DNA from: an uncultured virus (IMG/VR IMGVR_UViG_3300031227_008032)
Lineage: Duplodnaviria; Heunggongvirae; Uroviricota; Caudoviricetes
Virus record (IMG/VR): IMGVR_UViG_3300031227_008032
Length of the DNA stretch: 64,000 nt
Direction: 5' to 3' (one strand)
Part shown: positions 10,058 to 21,230 of the stretch, one piece after another
Position numbering within the stretch: the first letter of the stretch is position 1
Layout: each line of letters starts with the position of its first letter
Notes under the pieces: generated by a model
The model's input: the letters and a program-made list of their open reading frames with translations, nothing else
Told to the model about the DNA's origin: nothing
The model's database searches: none
Translations under genes and position numbers: made by a program

Positions 10058-11167
10058 ATGGCATTAGCTACACCAACATATGATGAACTGCTATCCTATG
10101 CTATACAAGCAGTAAAAGAAAAAACAGGCATAACCAACTTCTCAGAATCATCTATAGCTGGGTCTATGCTAAAAGTATTTGTTGCCTACATACAAGACCT
10201 ATATGATATGTTGGCACAGCTTGATGAACAAGGCAATCTATCAACAGCGGCAGGCTCAAATCTTGATAAAATAGGACAACTATTTGGAGTAACACGTCTT
10301 CCAGCCAAAGCAGCAACAACCGCAGGAGCAGGAAACGCAGTTCTATTTCGTAATATAGGTGATGAAGTTGCTACAATACCAAAAAGTACACGAGTATGGT
10401 CATCAAGCAATCAACGAATATCTTACACTACAGACTATGTAATAACTGTTCAAAGCGGAGGAGAATCCTATGTAGATGTTACTGCTGTATATGAAGGGCC
10501 ACAATATAATGTTGGACCACAAGCACTAACATCTAATGATATAGGTAGTACAAACATAACAGTAACAAACATATTACCAATTAGTACAGGTACTGATGTA
10601 GAATCAGATGATAACTACAGATATAGGATATCTAACTCCTTGCTAACAGTACAAGGAGCAAATGAAACATCAATAAGAATATCATTACTTGAATTACCTG
10701 GAGTTAAAGATGTAATACTTCAACCAATGGCAAGAGGTACAGGAACGTTAGATGTTGTAGTTATATCAGTAGATAGAAGAGTAACAGCAGCTCTATTAGA
10801 GCAAGTACAAGATACATTAGATAAAGTAGTGGCTTATGGAATATCCGCAACAGCAAAAGCCCCTATTGAAATACCAATAGACCTTACAATAAAAGTAGCA
10901 TTAGGAACACAACTTAATGCCACACTTGCGCGATCACAAGCATCTGTAGCAGCACGTTCTTATATAGATAATCTACCAGTAGGAGATAATAAATCTACAC
11001 TTGGTAATATGATATATAATGAACTTGTTTCAAGAGTAATGGATGCTCACCCAGATATTACAAACACACAAATACGAATGGCAGTAAGCAACAATACAGC
11101 ATTAAATGTAGACCTAACAGCAACAGCAGGCTCTAAATTTTACGCACGAAGTTTAGATGTTACATAA
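10058..11167 (+). CDS. Baseplate J-like wedge protein
   Basis: ITNFSESSIAG, LSTAAGSNLDKIG..FGVTR..A, GTDVESDDNYRYRI, RGTGTLDVVV. Confidence 0.9.
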   Translation: MALATPTYDELLSYAIQAVKEKTGITNFSESSIAGSMLKVFVAYIQDLYDMLAQLDEQGNLSTAAGSNLDKIGQLFGVTRLPAKAATTAGAGNAVLFRNIGDEVATIPKSTRVWSSSNQRISYTTDYVITVQSGGESYVDVTAVYEGPQYNVGPQALTSNDIGSTNITVTNILPISTGTDVESDDNYRYRISNSLLTVQGANETSIRISLLELPGVKDVILQPMARGTGTLDVVVISVDRRVTAALLEQVQDTLDKVVAYGISATAKAPIEIPIDLTIKVALGTQLNATLARSQASVAARSYIDNLPVGDNKSTLGNMIYNELVSRVMDAHPDITNTQIRMAVSNNTALNVDLTATAGSKFYARSLDVT

Positions 11168-11216
11168 TTACTAAATAATGTGTTGGGAGGACAAGATATG
11201 GAAAAACCCAACAACA

Positions 11217-11486
11217 ATGTTTACATGGATACGAAAACTACTAACAGACCTCCTCTATAAGCCAGATACGCAAAAGCTATCAATATCTAGAGTAGCGTTT
11301 GTTGCCACACTAGGCATATGTTTATTTACCGCCGTAACACAATCAGAAGTATACGCACACCTGATTGTCCTGCTAATTGCACTTTTACCATATCTCTATC
11401 TAGATAAAATTACAACAGAGTATGGGTATGACCGTACTCACAACAACGAAGAGCCAACAGAAGAAAATTTATCAGAGGATTGCTAA
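11217..11486 (+). CDS. Small two-TM membrane protein, possible holin
   Basis: KLSISRVAFVATLGICLF and LIVLLIALLPYLYL TM segments with a charged tail. The start is uncertain (11178, 11198 out of frame, or 11217). Confidence 0.45.
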   Translation: MFTWIRKLLTDLLYKPDTQKLSISRVAFVATLGICLFTAVTQSEVYAHLIVLLIALLPYLYLDKITTEYGYDRTHNNEEPTEENLSEDC

Positions 11487-11491
11487 TATAA

Positions 11492-12961
11492 ATGCCAGAA
11501 ACCAAATTTCCAGGCAAGTGGGATGGATCTGTATTTGCTAGATATTTACCACAATGGTTAGCAATACAATCTCCAACTATAAGAAATGTAACCTATGGAG
11601 CAGAAGCATATGGAAGCTTTAAATATGGGCTACAGTTAGCAGAATCAACACTACTATATAAGTGGTTCGGTTCTTCGCTCCCACAATTCAATACCCTACA
11701 TAGATATATAAGCTCTTTTCGTGGACACAATACAATCTCAGATACTGCTTTAGATACTCCACGACTTGCTTGGATAACCAAAACAACACAAGAACCACTT
11801 ACAGTAACAGTTTCTGGAAATGCCGTAAGACGAGCAGCAAGTATATTTGATTTTCTAACTACAGCAGATAGGGTATACAAATATGATAATAACTTATGTT
11901 ACTTTAGAAACTTAGCAGTAACGTCTACTACAGTATCTTCAAATACAGCATCCTATACAATACCAGAAGACATAGAAGAAGATGGTATGGCATGGATATC
12001 TTCAGACAGTGTATGGTACCAGGTATCGCCAGGACAAGAATTAGATACAACAAACGCAACAGCAAATCTTCCACTAACTGGCTCAATTGAATTTAGATAC
12101 ACATCTTCAACATATGTAGAAACACTATCCTCTTCTGCTATACTTACAATAGATGGTTCCACTATAATTCCAACACAAATAGATTTATGGAATGTGTTTG
12201 ATGAGAAAGCACTATTAGCTGGAATAGAAAGATTACCAAAGGAATCAAATAAAACATTACAAGGCCGAATACGAACAGCTTATTTATCTCCAGCAAACTC
12301 ACAATTAAATGGTTTGATTTCTGCAATAGGAAGAGAAGTAGGTTTAATTGGAAGCTTACAATGGGATGGAAGCTCTACAATAGACTTTGAAGCTTCTGGT
12401 ATTTCAAACGTTAAACAAATAGTTATAAAAGATTTAGAAGAGTTTGGCTTTGTAGAGGGAGAGCAACTTACACCCTCTGATGATTATACAACTTACCATT
12501 CCCAGCATGCGCATTGGGAAGGAAATTGGTATATATACGTAGATGGATTACGCGCAACATCAAGTACGCCGCCTTATCCAACAATAGAAGATGAACATAT
12601 TGAATTTGGTCAAGCAACATCGGGCAGAGTAGCAGCAACCTATAGATATAGAAACTATACATTAGAAACAACAGGAACATCTGCCTCTTTATATCCAACA
12701 TCAAATACACAAATAGGAGAATATACAGTTGTATATGTTACTGGAATTGATATAAACACCCCAACAGATATAAAGTATAAAAATTCAAATCTACTATCAT
12801 CCACAGGAAACCCAACAGCAGAATTTATAGAACTTGTTAATACTATACACTCTACTGTTCCTATAACAGCAGGTACAGCAAACTGGGGTAAAACTACACC
12901 TTGGTTTACAGACACAGAACCTCAGCCAGAATTAACAAATCTTCCAATATTATTTGATTAG
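11492..12961 (+). CDS. Baseplate wedge-like structural protein; paralog of the C-terminus of 14903..18928
   Basis: WNVFDEKALLAGIERLPKESN..L..RI...GLISAIGREVGL resembles wedge proteins that follow J. C-terminal WFTD...PELTNLPILFD is shared with the 1341-aa ORF. Confidence 0.6.
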   Translation: MPETKFPGKWDGSVFARYLPQWLAIQSPTIRNVTYGAEAYGSFKYGLQLAESTLLYKWFGSSLPQFNTLHRYISSFRGHNTISDTALDTPRLAWITKTTQEPLTVTVSGNAVRRAASIFDFLTTADRVYKYDNNLCYFRNLAVTSTTVSSNTASYTIPEDIEEDGMAWISSDSVWYQVSPGQELDTTNATANLPLTGSIEFRYTSSTYVETLSSSAILTIDGSTIIPTQIDLWNVFDEKALLAGIERLPKESNKTLQGRIRTAYLSPANSQLNGLISAIGREVGLIGSLQWDGSSTIDFEASGISNVKQIVIKDLEEFGFVEGEQLTPSDDYTTYHSQHAHWEGNWYIYVDGLRATSSTPPYPTIEDEHIEFGQATSGRVAATYRYRNYTLETTGTSASLYPTSNTQIGEYTVVYVTGIDINTPTDIKYKNSNLLSSTGNPTAEFIELVNTIHSTVPITAGTANWGKTTPWFTDTEPQPELTNLPILFD

Positions 12962-12970
12962 TAAAACTAT

Positions 12971-14896
12971 ATGGGACTATCTACAGAACAATTAAATTCA
13001 CCAAATGGAAAAGTAAAAATTCCAGGAGTATACTCATTAGTATTAGGTACAGACGTAACATCATCTGGTAGCTTTACAACAAGTAGTTCAGCATGGGATG
13101 GTTATCTAACTCTAACTCAAGGAACATCCTCAGAACATTACTGGTATGGAGCATCAAACTGGAACGACTTAGGAGAACCAATAAGTTATATAGGATTTAC
13201 TCCAAGTATCCCACTGTCTTCAACAAATGGAATGTGTTGTTCAGTAAAAGCTTCTTTTGCTACAACAGGAGGAAGCGGAGAAATAGCGCTATATGCAATA
13301 CATACAGGATATAGCAATCCAGCACTAGCAACATGGATTGGATCTGGAATAGATAATCCAGATTTATATCAAACAGAAGGATGGATAAATGATGGAACAA
13401 GTGGAGGAACACTATTAGATGCTCATCACCCAGTAGCAGAAGAGTTATCTACAGCAACAGAATTAAGGTTAGTATTTAGAAACTCAGTACCAACTTCAGC
13501 AATAACAATAAGCGCATGGCATATCTATGAACCAATAACTGCTTGCCCATCAGGAACAGGAGAAATGTTTCTTTCATATGCTTATACCAATATGCTTATA
13601 TATTCAATAGATGCTACTGGAGCATCTGGATATAGAGATAGAGCAGGTTTAGTACGTTTGGGTAGTCTACAACTTACTGGATGGACTCCAACACCAGAAG
13701 ACAATATTTCTCCAATTTCAAATAAATTATCTAATTATATATATTATATCTACAATATGCCTAGTGGACTTTTTGTAGGAGATACACTAAAGATATATGA
13801 TAGTTATGGAAACTATGGATATCTGGAAGGAACACAGAACTCTACAACAGGGCTATCTGGTATGTTAACTGGATCCTATAGTGGAAACACAGTTTCTGTA
13901 AGCGCTTGGGTATTATCAGCAGCAGTAGCAACAGGTTTAAATGATCTACTTGTAACACAAGTTATATGGAAAGAAAGCTACGATAAACAATCAACAGTAT
14001 ATACGATCTCAACTTCTTCTATGACTGGAGATTCAATTAACACAGTATATACACTAGAAAATACATTTGATATCACCGGAAATTATGATATATTGGTATG
14101 GCTATACGCAAAACGATATGAACCCTGCCTAGAGGATTATACCTATTATTTATACAACTATGGAAAACAAATATATACAGACCCAATAGGCCCAGACATA
14201 TATGCCGCTAATGCGTATTCTAGACCAGGACATGTATTGTTTTCATTTGCAACAAGCGATAAAGGAGCCTTAAGCGCGCATGAGTTACGTATGAATGACG
14301 GCTCATATCTTGTTAATTATGGTATTCCACATCAAACAACAGTATATGTAACAAGTGCATGTACTGGAATAGCTGGAGAAATGTTAACTGGATCTATAAT
14401 CATGCACGATGTTGCAGGAAACAAAACAACAAGCGAAGTACTGTCTGCAGTAGTTGGAGAAGGTACATATGGAGAACAAACTTTAACCCCATATAACATA
14501 CCAAATCTAGAGATACTATTGTGTGAGGATTTAGACATAGTATTAAGATGGGATTCCTGGGCTCGATTTACAAGTGGATTACTTGGATATAGAATACCAA
14601 TATCATCATATAAAATATATAGAAAAACACAACAAGAAAGCGCCTATACGCTAATAGATACCCTTACAACAACCGCATATACATATTTAGACAACAGTTT
14701 AATAACTGTTGGTGTGTATGATTATGTGGTTGTAGGTATAGATGATCTACTAAAAGAATATTGCTTAAGTGGAACAGCTTACGTATTAGATAATCCATAC
14801 CCAGATTGGATACCATTTATAGAACCATACTTAGCAATGTTCCCTGTATGGACAGCAGCACCAGCAAAAAAACATACATTAGAAAAGTTATTATAA
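12971..14896 (+). CDS. Virion structural protein, Ser/Thr/Gly-rich, with C-terminal FN3-like domain
   Basis: LRWD...ISSYKIYRK...YTYLD...GVYDYVVVGID matches an FN3-type pattern; tail context. Confidence 0.55.
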   Translation: MGLSTEQLNSPNGKVKIPGVYSLVLGTDVTSSGSFTTSSSAWDGYLTLTQGTSSEHYWYGASNWNDLGEPISYIGFTPSIPLSSTNGMCCSVKASFATTGGSGEIALYAIHTGYSNPALATWIGSGIDNPDLYQTEGWINDGTSGGTLLDAHHPVAEELSTATELRLVFRNSVPTSAITISAWHIYEPITACPSGTGEMFLSYAYTNMLIYSIDATGASGYRDRAGLVRLGSLQLTGWTPTPEDNISPISNKLSNYIYYIYNMPSGLFVGDTLKIYDSYGNYGYLEGTQNSTTGLSGMLTGSYSGNTVSVSAWVLSAAVATGLNDLLVTQVIWKESYDKQSTVYTISTSSMTGDSINTVYTLENTFDITGNYDILVWLYAKRYEPCLEDYTYYLYNYGKQIYTDPIGPDIYAANAYSRPGHVLFSFATSDKGALSAHELRMNDGSYLVNYGIPHQTTVYVTSACTGIAGEMLTGSIIMHDVAGNKTTSEVLSAVVGEGTYGEQTLTPYNIPNLEILLCEDLDIVLRWDSWARFTSGLLGYRIPISSYKIYRKTQQESAYTLIDTLTTTAYTYLDNSLITVGVYDYVVVGIDDLLKEYCLSGTAYVLDNPYPDWIPFIEPYLAMFPVWTAAPAKKHTLEKLL

Positions 14897-14902
14897 CAAC
14901 AT

Positions 14903-17900
14903 ATGGCAACATACACAAACTATTATACAAATAGATCAGCAACTCTAATATTTTCAGGAACTTTAGAAGCAACATATGCTCGTCACGCACAATCATATGT
15001 TGATGGTGCTGGTAGTGGAAAAACACTTGAAGTACTAGCAGTCGTAGCTGGATCAACTGCACCTAATGGAATTTCAGTCATAGGAAGTAGTGAAGTAACA
15101 CTATTTGGTTCCACCATATATTTATATACAACAATAGAATATACTGGTCCTGGTGCTTATAATCTATGGTATGATGAAGGTACAAGACTCAAACAGGTAT
15201 CAGAATGCACACATACAGTAAAAGCTATAGCACTTACAGGAAGCGGAGTATTAAATCCATATTTCTCTACAGCACTAGAAGTAACGCTAGCTACATTAAC
15301 ATCATGTGATATAGACGAATATTTTGATACTGGCTCATACTGGGACTCACCTAATGGTGTAGAGTACGATGAGTGGACAATAAATGAAACAACTCCATGG
15401 GATATAACATATGAAGTAGAAGAAGTTGCCACAGAGGATTTGAACAAACTAAATGTTGAGTTTTGGAATACTTTTAAAAGACAATCAAATATACAAATAA
15501 GAATAGGATCTAATAGTGTTACTATACCTGCATCAAGTTTAGGTACCGGTCCACTAATTTATGATCAAGGCGGAAGTGTATCTACAACCATACACGCGGC
15601 AGCACATGATAAACAAGCATATACACAAACAGCAACACTACTACGAGGAAATACCTCTGCTCAATCAACTCTAAGCTCTACAACAGCAACAACATCTTCT
15701 AGTGGAGGAGGAGCAAACACTACAAAAGCAAGTATTACAGCAACAGGAGTACAATCTGTTGTAGAAACATTACATAACATTGGAGCAGATCCTTTCAGCA
15801 ATATACCTTTTTTTACAGAATCCAGAGCATTTGCTCGTAAATCAATAACACAAGGAAACAATACACTACAAGTATCTCCAAGAGTATATTGGCAAGATGG
15901 TGAAGGTATATCTGGACTAGACTTTGTAGCGCTAAGCGGAGAATCAAGAGAACTAGCGTTTTCTGGAGATCTTTCAAGTACACTATCTAATGAAGAAATT
16001 TCATTATCCTGTATTACATCAATATATGAAGTAGAAACAGAAGTATTTTCAGATATAGTAGCAGCTACTGTAACACTCCCTTCTCCAATAATGTCATGCA
16101 ATATAGCAGATGGATCGGCAGTAACTCTTCAGCGTCCTGTAGGACCAGAATGGAGACAATTAAACTATCTGTATCCAACTGGACCGGTAGATGCAGCATA
16201 CATATCCCATATATCAACCAACAACCTAGTAACATTTGATGCATCTGGAGATTGGTCACAACCAGACAATGGAATATTTCAATCAAGTGACAATGTACAG
16301 GTAGAGATGGTATCTGGAGCAAGTATGGATTTATCTTGGACTGGAGCAGCATTCAATACCTCTGGTTTTAGATACATGGTGTTTGGCTGGTCTTCAGACG
16401 ATACAGATGCCTATGCAAATGTAGTTCTTAATGGAATAGGAACCTGGACAGGAGTAAGACAAGGAGAAATAATTGATCTTATATCAGCGGAAGTTCCAAG
16501 TTCCTTTGGTCCAAGCGCAACACCTCCAACATGGCTAACATCTATAGATCAAATAGATGTAACAGTGTATCAACTATCTGGAGAAGCAACTACTTTTGAA
16601 CAACTATATGGTTTTTACTTTGGTAGCATAACAGCACACAACGCTCCGATTTGCATGGGCTACAAATCATCCACTATTGTAGGAAGGTTATTGGTTGACT
16701 CTCTTCCTACATATGTAATTAACTATAACAAAACAATACCTACGTTATGGGAAGCGCCTGTAGAGGTATTTGGTGTAGATGGGCTTGCAGGAACTATGTA
16801 TGTAGGAGCCAAACAAACACAAGGAGATATAGCATATACTTATGTTGGTAGCCATACATGGAACTTCTATGAAAACGAAGACTTTTGGGCATTAGATTTA
16901 TTTAAAACACAGCACCTTGTTCCAGGAAGTAACTTAAGTGTGCTTCCATTACAAATAAGAAAAGCATATACAAGTATGCAAATAAAAAATCCAATGGACT
17001 TTGGAAATGGAACAGGAGCCCTTGGATATAATTCTACAAATATACTACCATTAGAACACAGACTTGGATGGCTTCTATGTGGATTTGCTGGATGGAATAC
17101 ACAAGGAACATCTGTAGAAATAACAGACTTAGTAGATTCAGATAGAAATCAAAACTTAGACTCTACTGGAGGTAAATTCGTAAGTCATGGACTAACTGTA
17201 GGAACAACACAAGTTGGCTCAGCTGTAATCGCAGTAAATAACAGAATAACCTCTACAGCTTATGGAGAAGAAACCATTGAAGCCTCAGATCCAATTGCTA
17301 GTATAATAGCATATGGAGTTGGAGAAAAAGCACCAACAGACCCACCTCCATCTCCTCCTAGTCCTCCACCTCCTCCTGTTGATCCAGAAATACCGTCGCC
17401 CCCTGCTGCACCCTCTGGTGGAACAGGTCTTCCAGATCTACCAGACATATATGTACCTGATCCATGGGCTCCAACGCTTCCTACTGGATTTGAACCACCA
17501 CAATCGACAATATCAGCAGACGATTTATTACTCAGAAAATGGGTAACATCTTCAAGCTATGCGCTACGAGTAGCAGAAGATTATGTAGATACATCTGTAA
17601 ATAACTCATTACCTTCTACTTTTGAACTAGAAACAGATAGTTATTTATGGTTTGCTCGTATTCCAGTAAGTACATCAGTAACATCTACAATACTTTTAAC
17701 TGTTAGCTCTATAACTTACTCTATAAGACGAGCAACTTCTTACGCTGATTTCTTTAGTAGCTATGATGCTGTATGGGTACCAGGAGCATTTTTACAAGAT
17801 ACAAAAAATGACCCATATGATACATATGTATATCTAAGAAATCTTGAAGTTCAATCATTTACAACAACCGCAAGTGGAGCACCTATTACCATAAGTGAAG

Positions 17901-18928
17901 TACCAAGCTCAATACATCCAGACACACCCGTATGGTATACTGTATTTTCTCCATGGTATGAAAACCTACCAAAGAACTTCAAAGTACAAAAATTCCCAGC
18001 AAGAAACCTTGTATGGTCTACTACCAGTGTAACAGCAGACTTACCAACATCTGGAGCAACAACAGTATTTTATAGAAGTTGGGAAAGATTAGCATCAATA
18101 CTCTCAACATCGGGACAAATACAATTAGGGCTAGAGTTAGCTCCAGTAGAGTTCCAAACAATTCCAAATGCATTAGATTCCTTTGCATCACCTTTTGGAA
18201 TTGAACGAATAGAATATGAATCAAATAGAAACCTCTTACAAAGATTATTCTTTGCAAATAATATAGATAGAGGAAGCTTTGGAAAAACACTATCTTCTGC
18301 TATAGCATTAGATTTAGGACTAGTAACACTAAGAACCTGGGATGGAGTATCTACATTTGACGCAATCTCAAGCGGCATAACAGGAGTAATAGATATTGCA
18401 ATATCTACATTACCAGAGTATCAAACAATCTCAGATGAATTATTGACCTATTCAGGTAGTGGGGGAGTATATTACTCATCAAAAAGAGAATGGGAAAACA
18501 ATTATCTACTATTTGCAGATGGAATACATGTTACAACATATAACTACCCAAATCTTGTTGTATCTGGTGGAACAATAAGCTTTGGAACAACACTAAACGC
18601 AGAAGTAAAAGCACAATATAAATACAAAAACTATACAAAAACTGCATCTGATGGCTATCTATCAACAGTAATACCAACCTCAGCAAACGTAGCATCAGGA
18701 CTATACTATGTAGCATGTTTACATGACATAACAACATGGAGCCCAGCAAATAAAAAAGACTTTGAAGCAAGAAAAGATACAGAAATAATGCACGTAATAT
18801 CTAACAATATAAAAGAATCATTACCTCTAATAGTAGGAACAGCATCATGGGGAGATAGACCGACACACTGGTTTACAGATGAAGAAATTAAACCAGAGTT
18901 AACCTATCTTCCAGTAGTATTTGACTAG
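14903..18928 (+). CDS. Large virion structural protein with Pro-rich hinge and wedge-like C-terminal module
   Basis: 1341 aa; the C-terminal part aligns by eye with 11492..12961; poly-Pro linker at about 17333-17420. Confidence 0.6.
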   Translation: MATYTNYYTNRSATLIFSGTLEATYARHAQSYVDGAGSGKTLEVLAVVAGSTAPNGISVIGSSEVTLFGSTIYLYTTIEYTGPGAYNLWYDEGTRLKQVSECTHTVKAIALTGSGVLNPYFSTALEVTLATLTSCDIDEYFDTGSYWDSPNGVEYDEWTINETTPWDITYEVEEVATEDLNKLNVEFWNTFKRQSNIQIRIGSNSVTIPASSLGTGPLIYDQGGSVSTTIHAAAHDKQAYTQTATLLRGNTSAQSTLSSTTATTSSSGGGANTTKASITATGVQSVVETLHNIGADPFSNIPFFTESRAFARKSITQGNNTLQVSPRVYWQDGEGISGLDFVALSGESRELAFSGDLSSTLSNEEISLSCITSIYEVETEVFSDIVAATVTLPSPIMSCNIADGSAVTLQRPVGPEWRQLNYLYPTGPVDAAYISHISTNNLVTFDASGDWSQPDNGIFQSSDNVQVEMVSGASMDLSWTGAAFNTSGFRYMVFGWSSDDTDAYANVVLNGIGTWTGVRQGEIIDLISAEVPSSFGPSATPPTWLTSIDQIDVTVYQLSGEATTFEQLYGFYFGSITAHNAPICMGYKSSTIVGRLLVDSLPTYVINYNKTIPTLWEAPVEVFGVDGLAGTMYVGAKQTQGDIAYTYVGSHTWNFYENEDFWALDLFKTQHLVPGSNLSVLPLQIRKAYTSMQIKNPMDFGNGTGALGYNSTNILPLEHRLGWLLCGFAGWNTQGTSVEITDLVDSDRNQNLDSTGGKFVSHGLTVGTTQVGSAVIAVNNRITSTAYGEETIEASDPIASIIAYGVGEKAPTDPPPSPPSPPPPPVDPEIPSPPAAPSGGTGLPDLPDIYVPDPWAPTLPTGFEPPQSTISADDLLLRKWVTSSSYALRVAEDYVDTSVNNSLPSTFELETDSYLWFARIPVSTSVTSTILLTVSSITYSIRRATSYADFFSSYDAVWVPGAFLQDTKNDPYDTYVYLRNLEVQSFTTTASGAPITISEVPSSIHPDTPVWYTVFSPWYENLPKNFKVQKFPARNLVWSTTSVTADLPTSGATTVFYRSWERLASILSTSGQIQLGLELAPVEFQTIPNALDSFASPFGIERIEYESNRNLLQRLFFANNIDRGSFGKTLSSAIALDLGLVTLRTWDGVSTFDAISSGITGVIDIAISTLPEYQTISDELLTYSGSGGVYYSSKREWENNYLLFADGIHVTTYNYPNLVVSGGTISFGTTLNAEVKAQYKYKNYTKTASDGYLSTVIPTSANVASGLYYVACLHDITTWSPANKKDFEARKDTEIMHVISNNIKESLPLIVGTASWGDRPTHWFTDEEIKPELTYLPVVFD
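17333..17420 (+). repeat. Low-complexity proline-rich linker (CCT/CCA repeats)
   Basis: PTDPPPSPPSPPPPPVDPEIPSPPAAPSGG. Confidence 0.8.
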
Positions 18929-18952
18929 CGCGTAGGAGATTAACCACATATC

Positions 18953-21226
18953 ATGGCCTCAACATTCCCAACAACAATAGATACATTTACAACAAAAACA
19001 AATGCAAATAATGTAGAATACTCCCATATAAACGACTTACAAAATTCTGTAATAGCTATACAAACACATTCTGCTTTTAGTGGTACAGAAGTATGGGTAT
19101 CCGGTACAACTAGCGGTTCAATACAAGCAACAATTAATAGTATTACAGATGCTTCTAGTTCTACTCCATACGTAGTAAAGATTCCACCTGGAATATATGA
19201 GGAACAAATAACATGTAAAGACTATGTAAGTTTACTAGGAACAGCTGTTGAAAAAACAAGTATTCAATATTCAAAAGCATATGTAGCTACCCTTACATTG
19301 GCAAACTATATAACAATTGAAAACCTATCTGTAAGTAATACAAGTGGATGGGGAATAAATGCAGCAGACACTTTAACCGATTTAACAATTGGTAATTGTT
19401 ATATATATGGTAAAGCCTATGCAATCAGAAGTTTTCAAAAAAGCATAAATAATTTTACAATATATAATACAAAAATGGAAAGCGAGTATATTGGTTTTGC
19501 AGCTGGTGGATTAAATATTAACATATATTCCTCTGAAATATATATTAAAAATCTTTCTGAAACGACTCATAGAACAAGCTGTATAGCGCAAGACAACGAT
19601 ACAACAGCTAACTTCTTTGGATGTAGGCTTTATTCAGAAAATACACAAACAACTCTTGGATACCCTGCTTATGTTGCGTGGATTTTCAGTAGTCAGATTG
19701 CAAATATAAATTTTTATAACTGTCAAATGATATCAAGAGATAGTGGAGGAATAGCTAATTCTTATGGACTATACATGGATCAAGCTTTATCTACAATTAA
19801 TGTATATGGAGGACAAGTTACTGCATCTGGAGGAGCAAACACATATGACCTATATCAAGCAGCCGGAACACTAAACGTATATGGAACAGACTATAAAACT
19901 TCAACAGGAACTATATCAGGAGACAGCAAATGTCCAGGAACACTAACTGGAAACAGATTTGTTTCAGAAGTTACAATAGGGACTCAGCCATATGCAGCAA
20001 CATCTACCACACTAAATAGTAATTTAAACGCAGATTTATTGGATGGCTATCATCAAGAATCTTTTAGTCGCAATATATCTAGACTACTAACAGTCGATAT
20101 AAGTGGTAATGGAAACTACACAACTATACAAGCAGCTAATAACGCAGCTATAACAGATGGAGCAACATTAGCTCTTCCAACAACTGTATTAACTTATCCA
20201 GGCACTACTCTAGACTATACACCAAATCAAGCAGTTAAAGTGCTACCAATTGAAACACTATGGTCCCCAAGACAAGCAGTTACTCTTGAAAAAGAAGGTA
20301 CCTACAGCACAATAAAAGCAGCTGTAGCAGCAGCAGGAAACGCGCCGATACTAGTTATACCCACTACGGTTGTCTCTCCGGGCACTGGTACGCTTGCCGA
20401 TGCTATAGCAGCAGCCAGTACTGGGGATATTCTTCTGCTGGAGAACGGAGCCTATAGTGAGGATGCAACTGACATATCCAAGGATTTGCATATTATAGGC
20501 GAAAGCCGTGAGGGAACTATCATAACCGGCACGGCCTTTATTGCTACTGCTGCTGTGTCAATGGCTAACCTGACCTTGAACTGCGGCGGCGATGAGTTTC
20601 AAAACACCGGAACGAATATCTATGCCTATAACGTGGACTTTGAAAACATGAGTAGCCCTGGGGGGCTCACTCATCTGCTTGGTGATCCTGTGATTGAGTT
20701 ACGCTACTGTAGGCTTTACAGCGTGGATGTCGGCACAATAGATACCAACCTAGCAACTACTTGTACAATACAACTCGATCATTGTTATCTCGAACTGCGA
20801 GGCGATGCTCTCGGTGCTGGTACCCCAATTTGTCAGTTGGGTACGGCGGCTGTTCTCAACGCGAGATATACAACGTTCGCTAATATACCAATAGACGCGG
20901 CGGCTGGTTCTATTGGGTGCATTTGCAATGGTGGTGGATCGTTGGGTGGCACACTGGATCACTGTTATATCCTCGAAGATGTGTCTGCATGTGCAAGCAT
21001 AACCGGCGGTAGCGCAACAGGGATCTTGGCAAGTGATGCAGCCGATGATATATCACTAATTGACTGTGTTGTTTCCGTGCTTGTGCCAGCCGACCAGGAC
21101 ACCTACCATTTGGAGCAGACCGCAGGCGCGCTTCGACATGTTGGCACGACGGTTCCTACGGGACAAATATACAATGAAGATGGGACGATAATTGATGTCT
21201 ACAAGATCGACCCACTAGCAAGGTAA
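18953..21226 (+). CDS. Tail fibre/tailspike with pectin-lyase-like beta-helix domains (receptor-binding protein)
   Basis: N-terminal FPTTIDTF...HINDLQN anchor; SIQATINS...PPGIYEEQIT.KDYVSLLG; NLNADLLDG fibre motif; second beta-helix start TLADAIAAA..GD..LLENGAYSE. Confidence 0.75.
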   Translation: MASTFPTTIDTFTTKTNANNVEYSHINDLQNSVIAIQTHSAFSGTEVWVSGTTSGSIQATINSITDASSSTPYVVKIPPGIYEEQITCKDYVSLLGTAVEKTSIQYSKAYVATLTLANYITIENLSVSNTSGWGINAADTLTDLTIGNCYIYGKAYAIRSFQKSINNFTIYNTKMESEYIGFAAGGLNINIYSSEIYIKNLSETTHRTSCIAQDNDTTANFFGCRLYSENTQTTLGYPAYVAWIFSSQIANINFYNCQMISRDSGGIANSYGLYMDQALSTINVYGGQVTASGGANTYDLYQAAGTLNVYGTDYKTSTGTISGDSKCPGTLTGNRFVSEVTIGTQPYAATSTTLNSNLNADLLDGYHQESFSRNISRLLTVDISGNGNYTTIQAANNAAITDGATLALPTTVLTYPGTTLDYTPNQAVKVLPIETLWSPRQAVTLEKEGTYSTIKAAVAAAGNAPILVIPTTVVSPGTGTLADAIAAASTGDILLLENGAYSEDATDISKDLHIIGESREGTIITGTAFIATAAVSMANLTLNCGGDEFQNTGTNIYAYNVDFENMSSPGGLTHLLGDPVIELRYCRLYSVDVGTIDTNLATTCTIQLDHCYLELRGDALGAGTPICQLGTAAVLNARYTTFANIPIDAAAGSIGCICNGGGSLGGTLDHCYILEDVSACASITGGSATGILASDAADDISLIDCVVSVLVPADQDTYHLEQTAGALRHVGTTVPTGQIYNEDGTIIDVYKIDPLAR

Positions 21227-21230
21227 ACAA

